A DNA stretch of 64,000 bases from Promethearchaeota archaeon (lineage in GTDB: Archaea; Asgardarchaeota; Lokiarchaeia; Sigyniarchaeales; SOKP01): the NCBI GenBank assembly GCA_019058445.1, contig JAHPZA010000006.1:640001-704000 (forward strand). The letters run 5' to 3'. The translations under genes and the position numbers were made by a program. This document shows positions 39,253 through 49,819 of the stretch, piece after piece; positions within the stretch are counted from its first letter, which is position 1, and each line of letters opens with the position of its first letter. The notes under the pieces were generated by a model. The model was not told the origin of the DNA, made no database searches, and saw only the letters and a program-made list of their open reading frames with translations.

Positions 39253-39609
39253 TTATGCTATTAATGATAGACCTTGAACGTGGGGTGATTGATGATATTT
39301 CTTGTAATACGCTTCTTGAAATAAGTGATCCTTAATTTCATTTCTTAATGATTGATATCCCCTTCCTTTTAACACGGCTCTTATCTTTTTAGTAAGAAGA
39401 ATTTTGTTATTCATTGAAATTTCGTAAATAAATATCACATAAAAATTGGTTTTCTCCACTTTGTAAATATCTGCTACCATATGATCGAATACAGCTCTTA
39501 GAGTCTCCTTATATTCCATTTTCTGTCTCCAAAACCAATTAATATTGAACTTTATAAAGAAAAAATTTATTGTTAGGAAAAAATTCCCGTTTTTTCTAAA
39601 TAGTCCCAT
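39253..39609 (-). CDS. Hypothetical protein (true start probably MEYKETL)
   Basis: Open frame with GGAG just upstream of the internal ATG. Confidence 0.5.
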   Translation of the reverse strand: MGLFRKNGNFFLTINFFFIKFNINWFWRQKMEYKETLRAVFDHMVADIYKVEKTNFYVIFIYEISMNNKILLTKKIRAVLKGRGYQSLRNEIKDHLFQEAYYKKYHQSPHVQGLSLIA

Positions 39610-39777
39610 ACTATAACTATAAATAGTATAAGAGTAAAGATTCCAAAACCTACAATTAATGTTTTTTCAACTAATACTGCCACAAAAAGAATTTTGTATC
39701 TAAAAATTTAAAGTTCTAAAGTTTATTCAAGTAATGCTCTTAACTAAGTTCTACATAAAACCCAAAATAAGCTACTT

Positions 39778-40098
39778 TTAATTTTTATATAGTTTATTTT
39801 CGTTAATCTTATTATATTCTTTAAAATTTTCTATGTATTCTTCAACACAGTTAGAGCAAATGGTTACAATGTTGTTAGGATCAAAATTATATTCCGGAAA
39901 TTTTTGAGGAGCTTTTTTATGGATAAAGCACATGAATCCGCTTTGATGGCTATGAAAATGCAAAAATATTTGCAAATCTCTTTCATCTCCAAATGGTCTA
40001 TGCCTGTTAAACTCTTTTACTAATTTCCTTCTGTATTTTATGATATCTTTTACGTTATAGTTGTCAATTTCCTTCTCGGTCATCGTGCGTTTTACCAT
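39778..40098 (-). CDS. Degenerate HNH-like protein
   Basis: IHKKAPQKFPEYNFDPNNIVTICSNC resembles HHIxP...PELxxDxxNLxTLCxxCH. Confidence 0.55.
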   Translation of the reverse strand: MVKRTMTEKEIDNYNVKDIIKYRRKLVKEFNRHRPFGDERDLQIFLHFHSHQSGFMCFIHKKAPQKFPEYNFDPNNIVTICSNCVEEYIENFKEYNKINENKLYKN

Positions 40099-40243
40099 AT
40101 AGTTTTATTTATTTCAAAATAAAAATCTTCTTTTTACATTTTATAAATAGAAAAGTGATTTACCTCAAAAATTTAAGGAAATGCTTAAGAACTTTTGATT
40201 TCATAATAAGAAAATTTATTTACCCATCACAATAAAGAACAAT

Positions 40244-40495
40244 ATGGATAAAGATAGATATAAAGGCAAACCTGCGATTGAAAAATTTAAGAATGACATG
40301 GGATTTGAAGATTGCTCTATAACTAAAAACCATATAGAAGAGAGTGGTTTTGTTCATAAAAATATTATTCATAAAATTGAAATGGAGTGTTCTAACTTCT
40401 ATGAGGACAAATTTAAATGTTCAACCTCAATAAAATCTGATAATGATGAAATTATCAAGTCTAATTGTGATAAACAAGATTTTCAAGAAGACTAA
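40244..40495 (+). CDS. Small Cys-containing hypothetical protein
   Basis: 83-aa ORF with ATG start and coding-like composition. Confidence 0.5.
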   Translation: MDKDRYKGKPAIEKFKNDMGFEDCSITKNHIEESGFVHKNIIHKIEMECSNFYEDKFKCSTSIKSDNDEIIKSNCDKQDFQED

Positions 40496-40567
40496 ATTTA
40501 AGATTAAAATAAAAAGAGTGTAATTAAAAAAAAATATTTTGTAGATTACCTTAATATTTTATTTTTC

Positions 40568-41470
40568 TTAATAAACTTCTATAGTTTCCCGTGTATAAGG
40601 TTTGTTTTGTTTGAATGCCTCAAGAATTCCATTCATTCTATTTTTTACCATTCTCTTCCATATAAAGCTTGTATCAGTAAATATGTAGAAGGCCTCATCC
40701 TTAATTGCTTCAAATACAATATCTCCAGCTTTATCTGGTGATAATCCTTCTTCAAGGGTTCTGTAAAAAGTCTCAAAATATGACTTATATTTTGGATGAG
40801 TCTCTAACCATTCTTTGTTTGCTGTTTCTTGGTCAATATCGCGATCACGTAATTCTGCCGGACGATTTCGAAAAGAATTTGTTGCAATGTTGGTATTTAC
40901 AAACCCGGGACAAAGAACTGACACTTTTATTTTTGTATTTTCATTTTTCAACTCACCCAATAATGTTTCTGAAAGCGCTACTACACCGAATTTAGTAATA
41001 TTATATATTCCGCTTAAAGGCTCCGCTAGATGACCTGCCATAGATGATGTGTTGACAATGTGACATTCATTATCTTGATTTAGCATAATTGGAACAAATA
41101 CTCTAATTCCATGAATGACTCCCCATAAATTTACTCCCATAACATATTTCCAATCGTTTAGAGTGGACTCCCAAAGAAGTCCTCCCCCGCCTACGCCCGC
41201 GTTATTACATAATATACGAACCTCCCCAAAAGTTTCAAGTGTTTTCTGAGCTAAAGCTTCAACATTTTCGGGTTTTGAAACATCTGTTAACACTGGCAGA
41301 ACAAGCCCTCCTAATTTCTTGAGTTCTTTTTCTGCCCTCTCTAAAGCATGTACGTCAATATCGGCTATAACTACTTTCATTTCCTCTTTAACAGCCCTTT
41401 TAGCTATTCCAAGTCCAATTCCATTTGCGCCGCCAGTGATAACAACTACCTTATCTTTAAAATCTTTCAA
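40568..41470 (-). CDS. Short-chain dehydrogenase/reductase
   Basis: TGGANGIG, NNAG, YNITK. Confidence 0.93.
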   Translation of the reverse strand: MKDFKDKVVVITGGANGIGLGIAKRAVKEEMKVVIADIDVHALERAEKELKKLGGLVLPVLTDVSKPENVEALAQKTLETFGEVRILCNNAGVGGGGLLWESTLNDWKYVMGVNLWGVIHGIRVFVPIMLNQDNECHIVNTSSMAGHLAEPLSGIYNITKFGVVALSETLLGELKNENTKIKVSVLCPGFVNTNIATNSFRNRPAELRDRDIDQETANKEWLETHPKYKSYFETFYRTLEEGLSPDKAGDIVFEAIKDEAFYIFTDTSFIWKRMVKNRMNGILEAFKQNKPYTRETIEVY

Positions 41471-41756
41471 GTTTTTCTAACCTCGATTTAAAAGTTTTTA
41501 AATTTTGGATTGAGCAATAACAAAAATTGATATTCTTATATTTAACTTTTTTGTCAAAAATAAATCTCATATTATAAATTAAAAAAAGTTATTGAATCAA
41601 AATTTAAGGATAAACGATAAAATTCTCAGTGAATCACTATTTATTCTTTGACTGTTTCTTATTAAAAAAAAAGATATTGAAAAAAATAATCTCAGTCTTT
41701 TGATTTAAATAATCTTGTGATTTTTTGTTTAAATAAAATTAGCTAAAAATACTATC

Positions 41757-42044
41757 ATGACTAAATTAATTTGTAAAATTCTCTATACTCCAGCACAGAC
41801 GAGTAATGCGATAGAAATTATTGGCGAAGTGGATAAGGAGCATCTGATTTCAGAACAATGTGAATTGATCGCCGTAGAACATAAAAGATATTTAAATAAT
41901 CAGCCAATTTCCCATAAATCTTTTATATCCAAAAGAGAAATTATTAAAATTTTGGTATTCAAAGAATCAATGCGGTTTGTACTAAATAAAGAAAATTTGT
42001 CATGGAATTCTCATGTCGAACCATTTGTAGGAGCAAAAACGTAA
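41757..42044 (+). CDS. Hypothetical protein
   Basis: 95-aa ORF with ATG start. Confidence 0.6.
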   Translation: MTKLICKILYTPAQTSNAIEIIGEVDKEHLISEQCELIAVEHKRYLNNQPISHKSFISKREIIKILVFKESMRFVLNKENLSWNSHVEPFVGAKT

Positions 42045-42207
42045 AAATTTACGAGTTTTTTAACTTTTTGATCAAATTTGAAGCCATTAATCAAAAACAG
42101 ATTTCTTTTTTCTTACTTCTTTCTGCAAAAAGATGTGAAAAGTAAGTAAGTTTAAGATTCATATTACATTTTTGGATTCAATTAAGAGACCAATTAGAGT
42201 TGATTAG

Positions 42208-42780
42208 ATGCTAAGAAATGTTGTTAATATTAGCGTGTACAGAAAAGTTATCCTAAAGGATGGAAGAGTAATAATACTCAAGAGAATGAACCAAGAAGAT
42301 TATAAAAAGGGCATGAATTATGAATATGTACATAACTGGTTAGCTCAAGTAAGTAAGTATTTATTATATGATTTCCAAGAGGAAGACATGGACTGGGATA
42401 AGCAGCAATTTTTAACATCATTAAATAATGCGGAAAACATCATTTTAGGGGGAATTTATAATGAAAAGATTATTGCACATGCTAAACTTAATGTGAATAT
42501 ATTATCTCCAAGGGAGAAGCATGTAGGATACTGGGCTGTTATGATTCATCCTAAGTTCCAGAATAATGGTTTAGGCACACATCTTCTCAATTGTATAGAA
42601 ATAATTGCCAAAAAGATTGGACTAAAACGTTTAGAAGCTGAATTTATAGAGGAAAACTCTTCAGCAAAAGCATTATATCTCCGAAAATTGGGTTATACTA
42701 TTGAAGGTCGCAAAAAAAGGGCATTTAAGCTTCCAAATGGCACCTATGTAGATAAGGCAGTTATTGGGAAAATATTATAA
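42208..42780 (+). CDS. GNAT acetyltransferase
   Basis: IHPKFQNNGLGTHL, NSSAKALY..LGYTIEG. Confidence 0.9.
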   Translation: MLRNVVNISVYRKVILKDGRVIILKRMNQEDYKKGMNYEYVHNWLAQVSKYLLYDFQEEDMDWDKQQFLTSLNNAENIILGGIYNEKIIAHAKLNVNILSPREKHVGYWAVMIHPKFQNNGLGTHLLNCIEIIAKKIGLKRLEAEFIEENSSAKALYLRKLGYTIEGRKKRAFKLPNGTYVDKAVIGKIL

Positions 42781-42807
42781 CTTCTAATATCTACTTTAGA
42801 AATCAGG

Positions 42808-43494
42808 TTATCTACTAAGAACTCCAAAATATATAATAATTTCGTGTGAATTACTTGATAATTTGTATTGAGGTAATCCATTTCCCTTTTCAACATTAAG
42901 AAAAGTAAGTATTAATTCCTTTTTTTGAACGTCGAGCAGTTTTATTAATAAACCGACCATCAACATTAATACTTTTCGTGAACCATCTTTTAATACAGAT
43001 AATTTTGAAAGGAGTATCTCCTTAGATTCTTGAATATGTTGAAAGGGATCGCTTGCTCTGGAACATAGATATACAACTGTTTCCATATCTTTATGAAATA
43101 AAATAAAAGCTCCTAAATGGAGGTCATAAAAGATATCAAAGCTTGTTGAGAAATCTTTCCAGGACAGCGCAAACTTGATTAGATTATTGTTAATGATATC
43201 ATTAGCCATTTGAGTCTTATCACGACTTCTAATAATTATGCTATTAAGCAGATCATTTATGCTATATCTCCTTGCTTTTGAAAATTCAAGGATACGAAAA
43301 TTATAATTAAAATCTGTTATCAGCATATCTTTTACGAATGGGATGCTGTCTTCGGGATATTGTTCATAAAAAACTTTTGTCGTTTCATACCGAACGGTGT
43401 CATTGAGCTCATATGAGATCTTACTTTTCAAAGAATTAAAAGAATGCATAGAATTTTTTAGATCAAACTCTGATGTATTGTGAATTTTCATCAT
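42808..43494 (-). CDS. Hypothetical protein
   Basis: 228-aa ORF with no motif recognised. Confidence 0.65.
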   Translation of the reverse strand: MMKIHNTSEFDLKNSMHSFNSLKSKISYELNDTVRYETTKVFYEQYPEDSIPFVKDMLITDFNYNFRILEFSKARRYSINDLLNSIIIRSRDKTQMANDIINNNLIKFALSWKDFSTSFDIFYDLHLGAFILFHKDMETVVYLCSRASDPFQHIQESKEILLSKLSVLKDGSRKVLMLMVGLLIKLLDVQKKELILTFLNVEKGNGLPQYKLSSNSHEIIIYFGVLSR

Positions 43495-43974
43495 ATATTA
43501 GCTTATACTCAACTATTAAAAAGAAAAAATAGGAACTTAATATTTGAAACTTACCAGGTAAAGGTTTAATTTTAGGCATACCAAAGGTAATATCTTAGAA
43601 GTTTTAAGTGTTAGACATAAATTAAGGCTGAATTTTTTATCCCTTAAAAAAATATGCATTATTTCTTCATAAATTCATACTTTTAAGTATTTAGAAAAAT
43701 GCTTTTTTCAGAAGCTGATCAATAAGATCATAAAAACAAAATTTATTTCAAAAAATTGAAAATTTCTTTTCATTAATTAGAACCAATTTCTTGAAGTGGT
43801 CATTCTGTTTGATTTTTAGATAATTTTGGGAAATAATTTTTGCCGTATTATCTTTATATTCAAGTTTCCTACAATATCGCATGTCAAAAAAAAAGGTTTA
43901 AAAAGACCACTCGGGATCTTAATTAATTAGTTTTTAAGAAAAAATGTAACTTTATTATAAGGTGATAAAAAAAG

Positions 43975-45267
43975 ATGGCTACTGATAAAAATTACTATAA
44001 TAAGACCCATACTCCCCAATCTGACCGATTAAGAGCACCATTGGAAGAGAATAAAACACAGATATTCACTGGGTTGATATGTGATTCTTGTAATTCTACA
44101 GATATTGTCGAGACAAGAGAAGGCTATGTATGTAGATATTGTGGAATGGTATTAGAGGGAAAAATAATTGTATTTAATAAACCTTATTTCTCAGATGTTC
44201 AGTATTATGCTAAGATGGGGGCAACACATATCGGAAATGCAAGAGAAAGACTTGCTCACGCCCACTCTAAAAAATTAACTCACTTACAAAAACTTCACTC
44301 AATTGAATCAAACGAAAAGGAGCTACTAACACATGCAAAAATCGAAATATCGAGAATTTTTACGTGTTTAAATCTGCCCCAAACATTAAAACAATTAGTA
44401 TATCATAAATTCATCAAAATCCGAACTGCGATTCGATCCGGGACCAAATATCGTGCTCCCCAAAAATTAGTACCTCTCACGATTTACTTTATTTGCAAAT
44501 TCGAAAAAATTTCTATTAATGAGGCCGATCTCTTAGAAGTTTCCAAAATTTCAAAAAAGGATTTTAATGCATTTAAGCTGCAAATCTTAAATTTTTTTCC
44601 CGAATACCTAGAAAGAGACAGGAAACAATACATCTTACAAAAAATCTTAGAACTTACGGAACATTTCAAGCTTGGTATGGAATTTTATTTTCAGTCCAAG
44701 AAAATCTTATTTCGGCTATGGGACAATATTAAAAATACGAAAGATGAAGTAATTGCTGGATTAGTAGCCTCGATATCAGTGCTATGTGCTTTTAAGAGTA
44801 AGGATGTGTCCGTTAGTGCCATATGCAATAAATTAGGAATCAAAATGAGCACAATTCAATCGCAAGTGAAAAGGCGTATTTTTGACCAATATCAAATTGC
44901 GGGTTTTACTACCCTCATAAAATCCTCTGAGCTACTTAAGAAAATAATTGGAAAAATGGGCTTGCTTACCACTCAACAAGAAAAAGTTGCCAATAAACAG
45001 AATAGTGATGAAATAGCTAAAAGAAAAACTGCTGAAATTGTTGAGATCAAACTTGGTGGAGCTCGAAAAACATGTAATCACCTTATGGATGTAGGACATT
45101 ATTTATTCGCCATTGCCAATGAAGAGAGGACTCCTGTCATGGTATCGTTAAAATCTTATGATATGAGTAATTTCTATTCTGACGCTAATATACGGAAATC
45201 TCTCCACGATAAAAAATCCGTTTTAGATAAGGAACAGCCTCTCTTTGAAGTGAAATTTATCAAATAA
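43975..45267 (+). CDS. Divergent transcription factor B (TFB/TFIIB)-like protein
   Basis: Zinc ribbon CDSCNSTDIVETREGYVCRYCGMVL followed by two cyclin-like repeats and a C-terminal extension. Confidence 0.8.
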   Translation: MATDKNYYNKTHTPQSDRLRAPLEENKTQIFTGLICDSCNSTDIVETREGYVCRYCGMVLEGKIIVFNKPYFSDVQYYAKMGATHIGNARERLAHAHSKKLTHLQKLHSIESNEKELLTHAKIEISRIFTCLNLPQTLKQLVYHKFIKIRTAIRSGTKYRAPQKLVPLTIYFICKFEKISINEADLLEVSKISKKDFNAFKLQILNFFPEYLERDRKQYILQKILELTEHFKLGMEFYFQSKKILFRLWDNIKNTKDEVIAGLVASISVLCAFKSKDVSVSAICNKLGIKMSTIQSQVKRRIFDQYQIAGFTTLIKSSELLKKIIGKMGLLTTQQEKVANKQNSDEIAKRKTAEIVEIKLGGARKTCNHLMDVGHYLFAIANEERTPVMVSLKSYDMSNFYSDANIRKSLHDKKSVLDKEQPLFEVKFIK

Positions 45268-45291
45268 ATAAAATTCCTTGAACTAGAAAAA

Positions 45292-45738
45292 ATGATCGAC
45301 GATTATCTACTCCGACCGGCTACCATGGAAGATAGAGAGTTCATGAAGCATTTAGAAAAAGTAAATTTTGAAAAATTTCCTAAAGTCATGGAACTTTTCA
45401 GTGAGGAGCATCAAAAGAACCATTATGAAAATCATTTTAATCCGAAATATGTGTATATCATCGAATATGATAATCGACCTATTGGAGCGCAATCTGTAAT
45501 TGTACGCAGGAAAAATATGTTTATTTTATTTTTGTATCTTTTACCTGAATTTCAAAATAAAGGTATTGATGAAACTCTCATAAAAGTCGCCTTAAAACAA
45601 GCAAAAGAAGAAAAAAAACCTTTAATATCTTGTGTGTTTCAAGAAGATACTCAAGGAAAAAGTTTATTTGATGCCTTAGGATTTGAACCTTTTAACGAGG
45701 ATGATCTTCGATTGCGTGTGAAATGGAATCCTGCTTAA
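45292..45738 (+). CDS. GNAT acetyltransferase
   Basis: LRPATMED, LYLLPEFQNKGI. Confidence 0.85.
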   Translation: MIDDYLLRPATMEDREFMKHLEKVNFEKFPKVMELFSEEHQKNHYENHFNPKYVYIIEYDNRPIGAQSVIVRRKNMFILFLYLLPEFQNKGIDETLIKVALKQAKEEKKPLISCVFQEDTQGKSLFDALGFEPFNEDDLRLRVKWNPA

Positions 45739-45811
45739 AAAATTGATTAATTAGTAGTAAATTAAAGTTCTTTTATTGTGATGATTTTTTATAGAGGCGT
45801 GTTAAAATCGA

Positions 45812-46288
45812 TTAATAATTTTGGGGTTCATATTTAGTATCTTTCCTATATTTAGATTTTTTCATTTTGAATCGAGATAAGACAACAAGTATAAGACCCG
45901 TAAAACCAAATCCCCCATTCAAACTTAATAGAGTTATTATTTCTAACCTCATCATCGAAATTAAAGTGCCCTCTATACCCTGCATTATTAAAAAGACCAA
46001 TAATCCAATCATACCCATTCCTGCTCCAATCCAAATAATGAGCTTACCACTTTTATATCGATGCATCATAACTAATGTAGCTCCAGAGATAACTGAAATT
46101 CCCCCTCCTAAGGCTATATACGTGAAAATGTTCAGAATAACGGAAAGAACACCTTGAGTTTTTGGACCAACATACTCAGCAGCAACACCGAAGATAAGCA
46201 TAAAAATTGTTGGATTCCCCACCATAGAGCCAATAATCATTAAGGCTCCACCCAAAATACATAAAAATATCCATTTTTTATTCTCCAT
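45812..46288 (-). CDS. Small membrane protein (4 TM)
   Basis: Gly-rich hydrophobic segments. Confidence 0.75.
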   Translation of the reverse strand: MENKKWIFLCILGGALMIIGSMVGNPTIFMLIFGVAAEYVGPKTQGVLSVILNIFTYIALGGGISVISGATLVMMHRYKSGKLIIWIGAGMGMIGLLVFLIMQGIEGTLISMMRLEIITLLSLNGGFGFTGLILVVLSRFKMKKSKYRKDTKYEPQNY

Positions 46289-46495
46289 TTTATTACACCT
46301 AAATATAATATTATTATTTCCAATAATTCATCTAATTTAGCTTTTATTTATTTGATTTTATTTTTCTTACAAACAAATAGCAAGGGAAGCGATGAAAAGA
46401 CTGCTATATTGAAATGGCAACCTCCCATAGCTTCTTAAAATCCTATGAATCCTATGAATCTGCAATATTTAAATTGAAAAATAAGCTAAAATCTC

Positions 46496-47545
46496 TTACT
46501 TCTTTAAGTCATTTAGAGAAAAACTTATATAATCATCCTTTTTTCGATCTGGGGGATATAATCTTAAATTTATCGTATTTGAAATCTCAAATAACGCAGT
46601 ACAAATCGTATCATATATATATCCCGATTCTGGATCCTTAACAGAATTAAAAGCAATATATTTATCCGAAAGAACCTCTAAAGCATTGTTAGTAGTTTTT
46701 TTTAAGTTTGATAACAACTCAATTCCCCGTCTATATCGCGTTTTTGAGTTTCCATACTTAGGATAGGGAATATTCTTGAATTTTTCAGAGATATAGTGAT
46801 TAGTGTGGTAGTATTTATCCGAAATCTCTGTAAGGCAAGAATCGTCTGCGGTAGTTTCTAAATTTTCTACTTTATTTTCTCGCAATGATGCTAAATTATA
46901 ACTTACCCCTCCTGATCTCGGGGAATATAACTGGGCACTTTCAATTGCTTCCTCAATAGATTTCGCTTCTAATATACTTCTTCCAAAGAAGATTCTGCTA
47001 AAGCTAATTCTTTTAACTGGATTTGGTAAGCTATTTGCGGTAAATACAATTCCATGAGAGTTAAATCCGAACGAATTTCCGGAAATACACCCAGGATATG
47101 AATGCGCAAAAAAATTTGTTCCGTTGTCGAGTTCCACAGCGGTCAAATATGAATATTTGCCCATTATACTCTCGTAATCTTCATTATGGGTCAGAATGAT
47201 CTTATCTTCGTTTTTGAAGATTATTGTGGAACAACTCTCCAGAGTATCGTCCTTAAAAGGTACATGGCGGAAATTTGCTACTAAAATCTGGCGATAATCG
47301 AGACCAGATCCCTCCGATATTCCCTTAATTTCATCCATATAATGTGGAAAATGTTTGTGGGCCAGGGATTCCACACTATCTAATCTTTTTGGATGTTTTC
47401 TATCAAAATCTATGAGATTGTTCACTTCTTTGCATTCTTCAAAAGCTTGAGCAATGCGCTTTTGAAAATATTCTCCTATTTGTTTACCTATTTCGTGATT
47501 AGTCCCCTTTACACGAATGAATGGTAATAATGTGCTTTCAGTCAT
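46496..47545 (-). CDS. C45-family Ntn-hydrolase (isopenicillin-N acyltransferase-like)
   Basis: GTNHEIGKQIG, EIKGISEG, ESCSTI (nucleophile Cys), HNED, GFNSHG, HTNHY. Confidence 0.9.
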   Translation of the reverse strand: MTESTLLPFIRVKGTNHEIGKQIGEYFQKRIAQAFEECKEVNNLIDFDRKHPKRLDSVESLAHKHFPHYMDEIKGISEGSGLDYRQILVANFRHVPFKDDTLESCSTIIFKNEDKIILTHNEDYESIMGKYSYLTAVELDNGTNFFAHSYPGCISGNSFGFNSHGIVFTANSLPNPVKRISFSRIFFGRSILEAKSIEEAIESAQLYSPRSGGVSYNLASLRENKVENLETTADDSCLTEISDKYYHTNHYISEKFKNIPYPKYGNSKTRYRRGIELLSNLKKTTNNALEVLSDKYIAFNSVKDPESGYIYDTICTALFEISNTINLRLYPPDRKKDDYISFSLNDLKK

Positions 47546-47681
47546 GTCGGTTTTTAAGTTTCATACACTAATGATTCCTTAAATCAAAGCGAATTTGATT
47601 TAAAATCATAAAATAGGGAAAATAAGATGGAATTGAATTTTAAATTTTCCAATTATCCATTAGAAAAAAGTGTATACTATT

Positions 47682-48068
47682 CTATTGGTGTGCAAAATAA
47701 AGCAAATCTAATACAATACTTTTAATTTGCATAATCCCTCTCGAGACCAATTTCCAACAGAGTTGATAGACAAAAGGCCAATGACCATTTTCCAGAGCTT
47801 TTCCTATTTTCACATATTTTTTCCATGGTACTTCAGAATAATTGCCAAAAATCATCGGATATTTCTCCAATAGCTTTTCCAATAGCGTAGTTAGGTGAAT
47901 GATATATTCCCAGGTTGGTTCTGCTGTGCCATTTTCATTTGAAATAAATTGCTTGCGGTCCAAACCATACATGTAAATTTCGAGTATCTCAATACATTCC
48001 AACACTTCCAAAAGAGGATAGAGCAAATCTTCAACCCAAGTATTTCCCTGTTCCTTTTTCGTATCCAT
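47682..48068 (-). CDS. HepT/DUF86-like HEPN protein lacking the RxxxxH motif
   Basis: YSEVPWKKYVKIGKALENGHWPFVYQLCWKLV parallels the DUF86 pattern PEIPWxxIxGMRNxLxHxYxxVDxxIVW. Confidence 0.5.
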   Translation of the reverse strand: MDTKKEQGNTWVEDLLYPLLEVLECIEILEIYMYGLDRKQFISNENGTAEPTWEYIIHLTTLLEKLLEKYPMIFGNYSEVPWKKYVKIGKALENGHWPFVYQLCWKLVSRGIMQIKSIVLDLLYFAHQ

Positions 48069-48480
48069 TGAAATGAACTGTATTGCCTGTATTTATATTT
48101 ATTATTATTCTACAACAGCATATTTAATCCTATATAATAGTCTTATAGAATAATATTACTTTTTTATGACCTCAAATTCTTCTCTTAGACTCAATTATTG
48201 GACCATATATTAACGGTCTTTCACACCTTGTCGTACAGTTTAATCTTTTCGATAGGTCTTATGATACAGATCGAATCCAGCATAACCCAATCAGCGATTT
48301 TTTTATTTATATTATATTTTTTTAGGTAGTACCAACGAAAAGAAAAGAGAAAATTTTTTTTGTATACTTCTTATATAAGCTTTATTAGTTATACCTAATA
48401 AATTAGCTTGTTTGTTGCGATAGAACGACAAACTATTTTTATTACTAGCTTTTTATATGACTAATACCAAATACCTATGT

Positions 48481-48608
48481 AAGGAAAGGAATCGTCGAAA
48501 TTCGAATAAACATTGGATTTCGCCCTCTATTAAGCTCTTGTACGAGTTTAATTCTCTCCTACTTATGTAATTTCATTCGAATTTGGATTCCTTTACTCCT
48601 TTTTCTTT
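48481..48608 (+). ncRNA. Candidate structured small RNA, copy A
   Basis: TATA ttttatat at 48451-48458. Stems aaaggaatc/gattccttt and aaattcgaat/attcgaattt. Loop cattggatttcgccct. Inner stem attaagctc/gagtttaat. T-rich tail. Confidence 0.65.
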
Positions 48609-48862
48609 ATTATTACATTAATCTAGTTCGAGATCTGTTCAAACCAACACATAACTTCGAACTTTACAAATTAAATATTTTTTGAATTATTTTTTTTATA
48701 TTAATTGGTTATTAATGACAAAAATTCGAAATTAACAATTCTTTAAGGTTTTTTTCTGGAGGTTTCAGGGGTGATTTTCAAAACCAGGCGTGAGAAAAGT
48801 ATCATAAATTTGAAATTATAATTTAAATTTATATTTCATACAAAAAATATGAGAGGATAATA

Positions 48863-49708
48863 ATGGTTGAAGAAAACTATGAGCATATTAAAATAGAATA
48901 TCCTAAAACTATGGAAAGCGGCACCGTTGATGGGAATTATGCTATAATCTCGATGAATCGACCCGATAAATTGAATGCACTTCAAGTTCAAACTCTAAAA
49001 GAAATCGCCACAGCGTTAGATACTATGGATTTGGATCCCAATATAAGATGTGTATTATTGCGGGGTACGAAAGATTTTACAAAAAAGCCCGCGTTCTCAG
49101 CAGGGGCTGATCTTTCTGCAACTATGGGAAAAAATGTGAAACCGAACATTCCCATACACATGATGCAATCCCAGGAATATAGGCACAAATACTACGATCA
49201 AATTGAAAGATTTTTAAAGCCTTTAATTGCTGGTGTAGATGGATTTGCATTAGGTGGAGGTCTAGAGCTTACTTTGGTATGTGATGTGGTGATTGCCAGC
49301 AAGCGATCGAAATTTGGCTTCCCGGAAATAGCAAGAGGTATTTTTCCTTCCAATGGAGGAACGCAAAGAATGGTGCAGCATATCGGAGCTGCTAGAGTGT
49401 TTAACATGATGTATTTTGGAGAGCATTACAGCGCCGAACAAATGCATGAATGGGGCTTTGTCACCCATGTTGTAGATGATGATAAATTCGAGGATTATCT
49501 AAATGAAAAAATGAAATGGTTAGGAGAAGCTGCTACCGGAAGTTTGGCAATAATCAAAAAGTGCATAAGGTATGGAACCCAGGTGCCCTTAAATATAGGG
49601 TTGCAATTCGAGCAAATGGGATTTGGGGTCAATTCTGCCGCAAAAGATATTCGGGAGGGAATTTCAGCATTCCTTCAAAAAAGAGAGCCAAAATTCAAAG
49701 GCTTTTAA
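48863..49708 (+). CDS. Enoyl-CoA hydratase/isomerase (crotonase)
   Basis: MNRPDKLNAL, AFSAGADL, ALGGGLEL, FPEI..GIFP..GGTQR. Confidence 0.93.
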   Translation: MVEENYEHIKIEYPKTMESGTVDGNYAIISMNRPDKLNALQVQTLKEIATALDTMDLDPNIRCVLLRGTKDFTKKPAFSAGADLSATMGKNVKPNIPIHMMQSQEYRHKYYDQIERFLKPLIAGVDGFALGGGLELTLVCDVVIASKRSKFGFPEIARGIFPSNGGTQRMVQHIGAARVFNMMYFGEHYSAEQMHEWGFVTHVVDDDKFEDYLNEKMKWLGEAATGSLAIIKKCIRYGTQVPLNIGLQFEQMGFGVNSAAKDIREGISAFLQKREPKFKGF

Positions 49709-49819
49709 CTCCTTTTATAAAATTATCTCTTTCTTTTTTTTATGTAGTTACAATATGAAATAAAGATGAAATATTGGACTCCACTACATTTTAAATCAGT
49801 AATGTCTGTAAATTAATTG

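Noticed and set aside
48160-48300. Slightly GC-rich intergenic patch with short gacc/ggtc stems
   Set aside because: Stems are only 4-5 bp and there is no second copy, which is insufficient to call an RNA.
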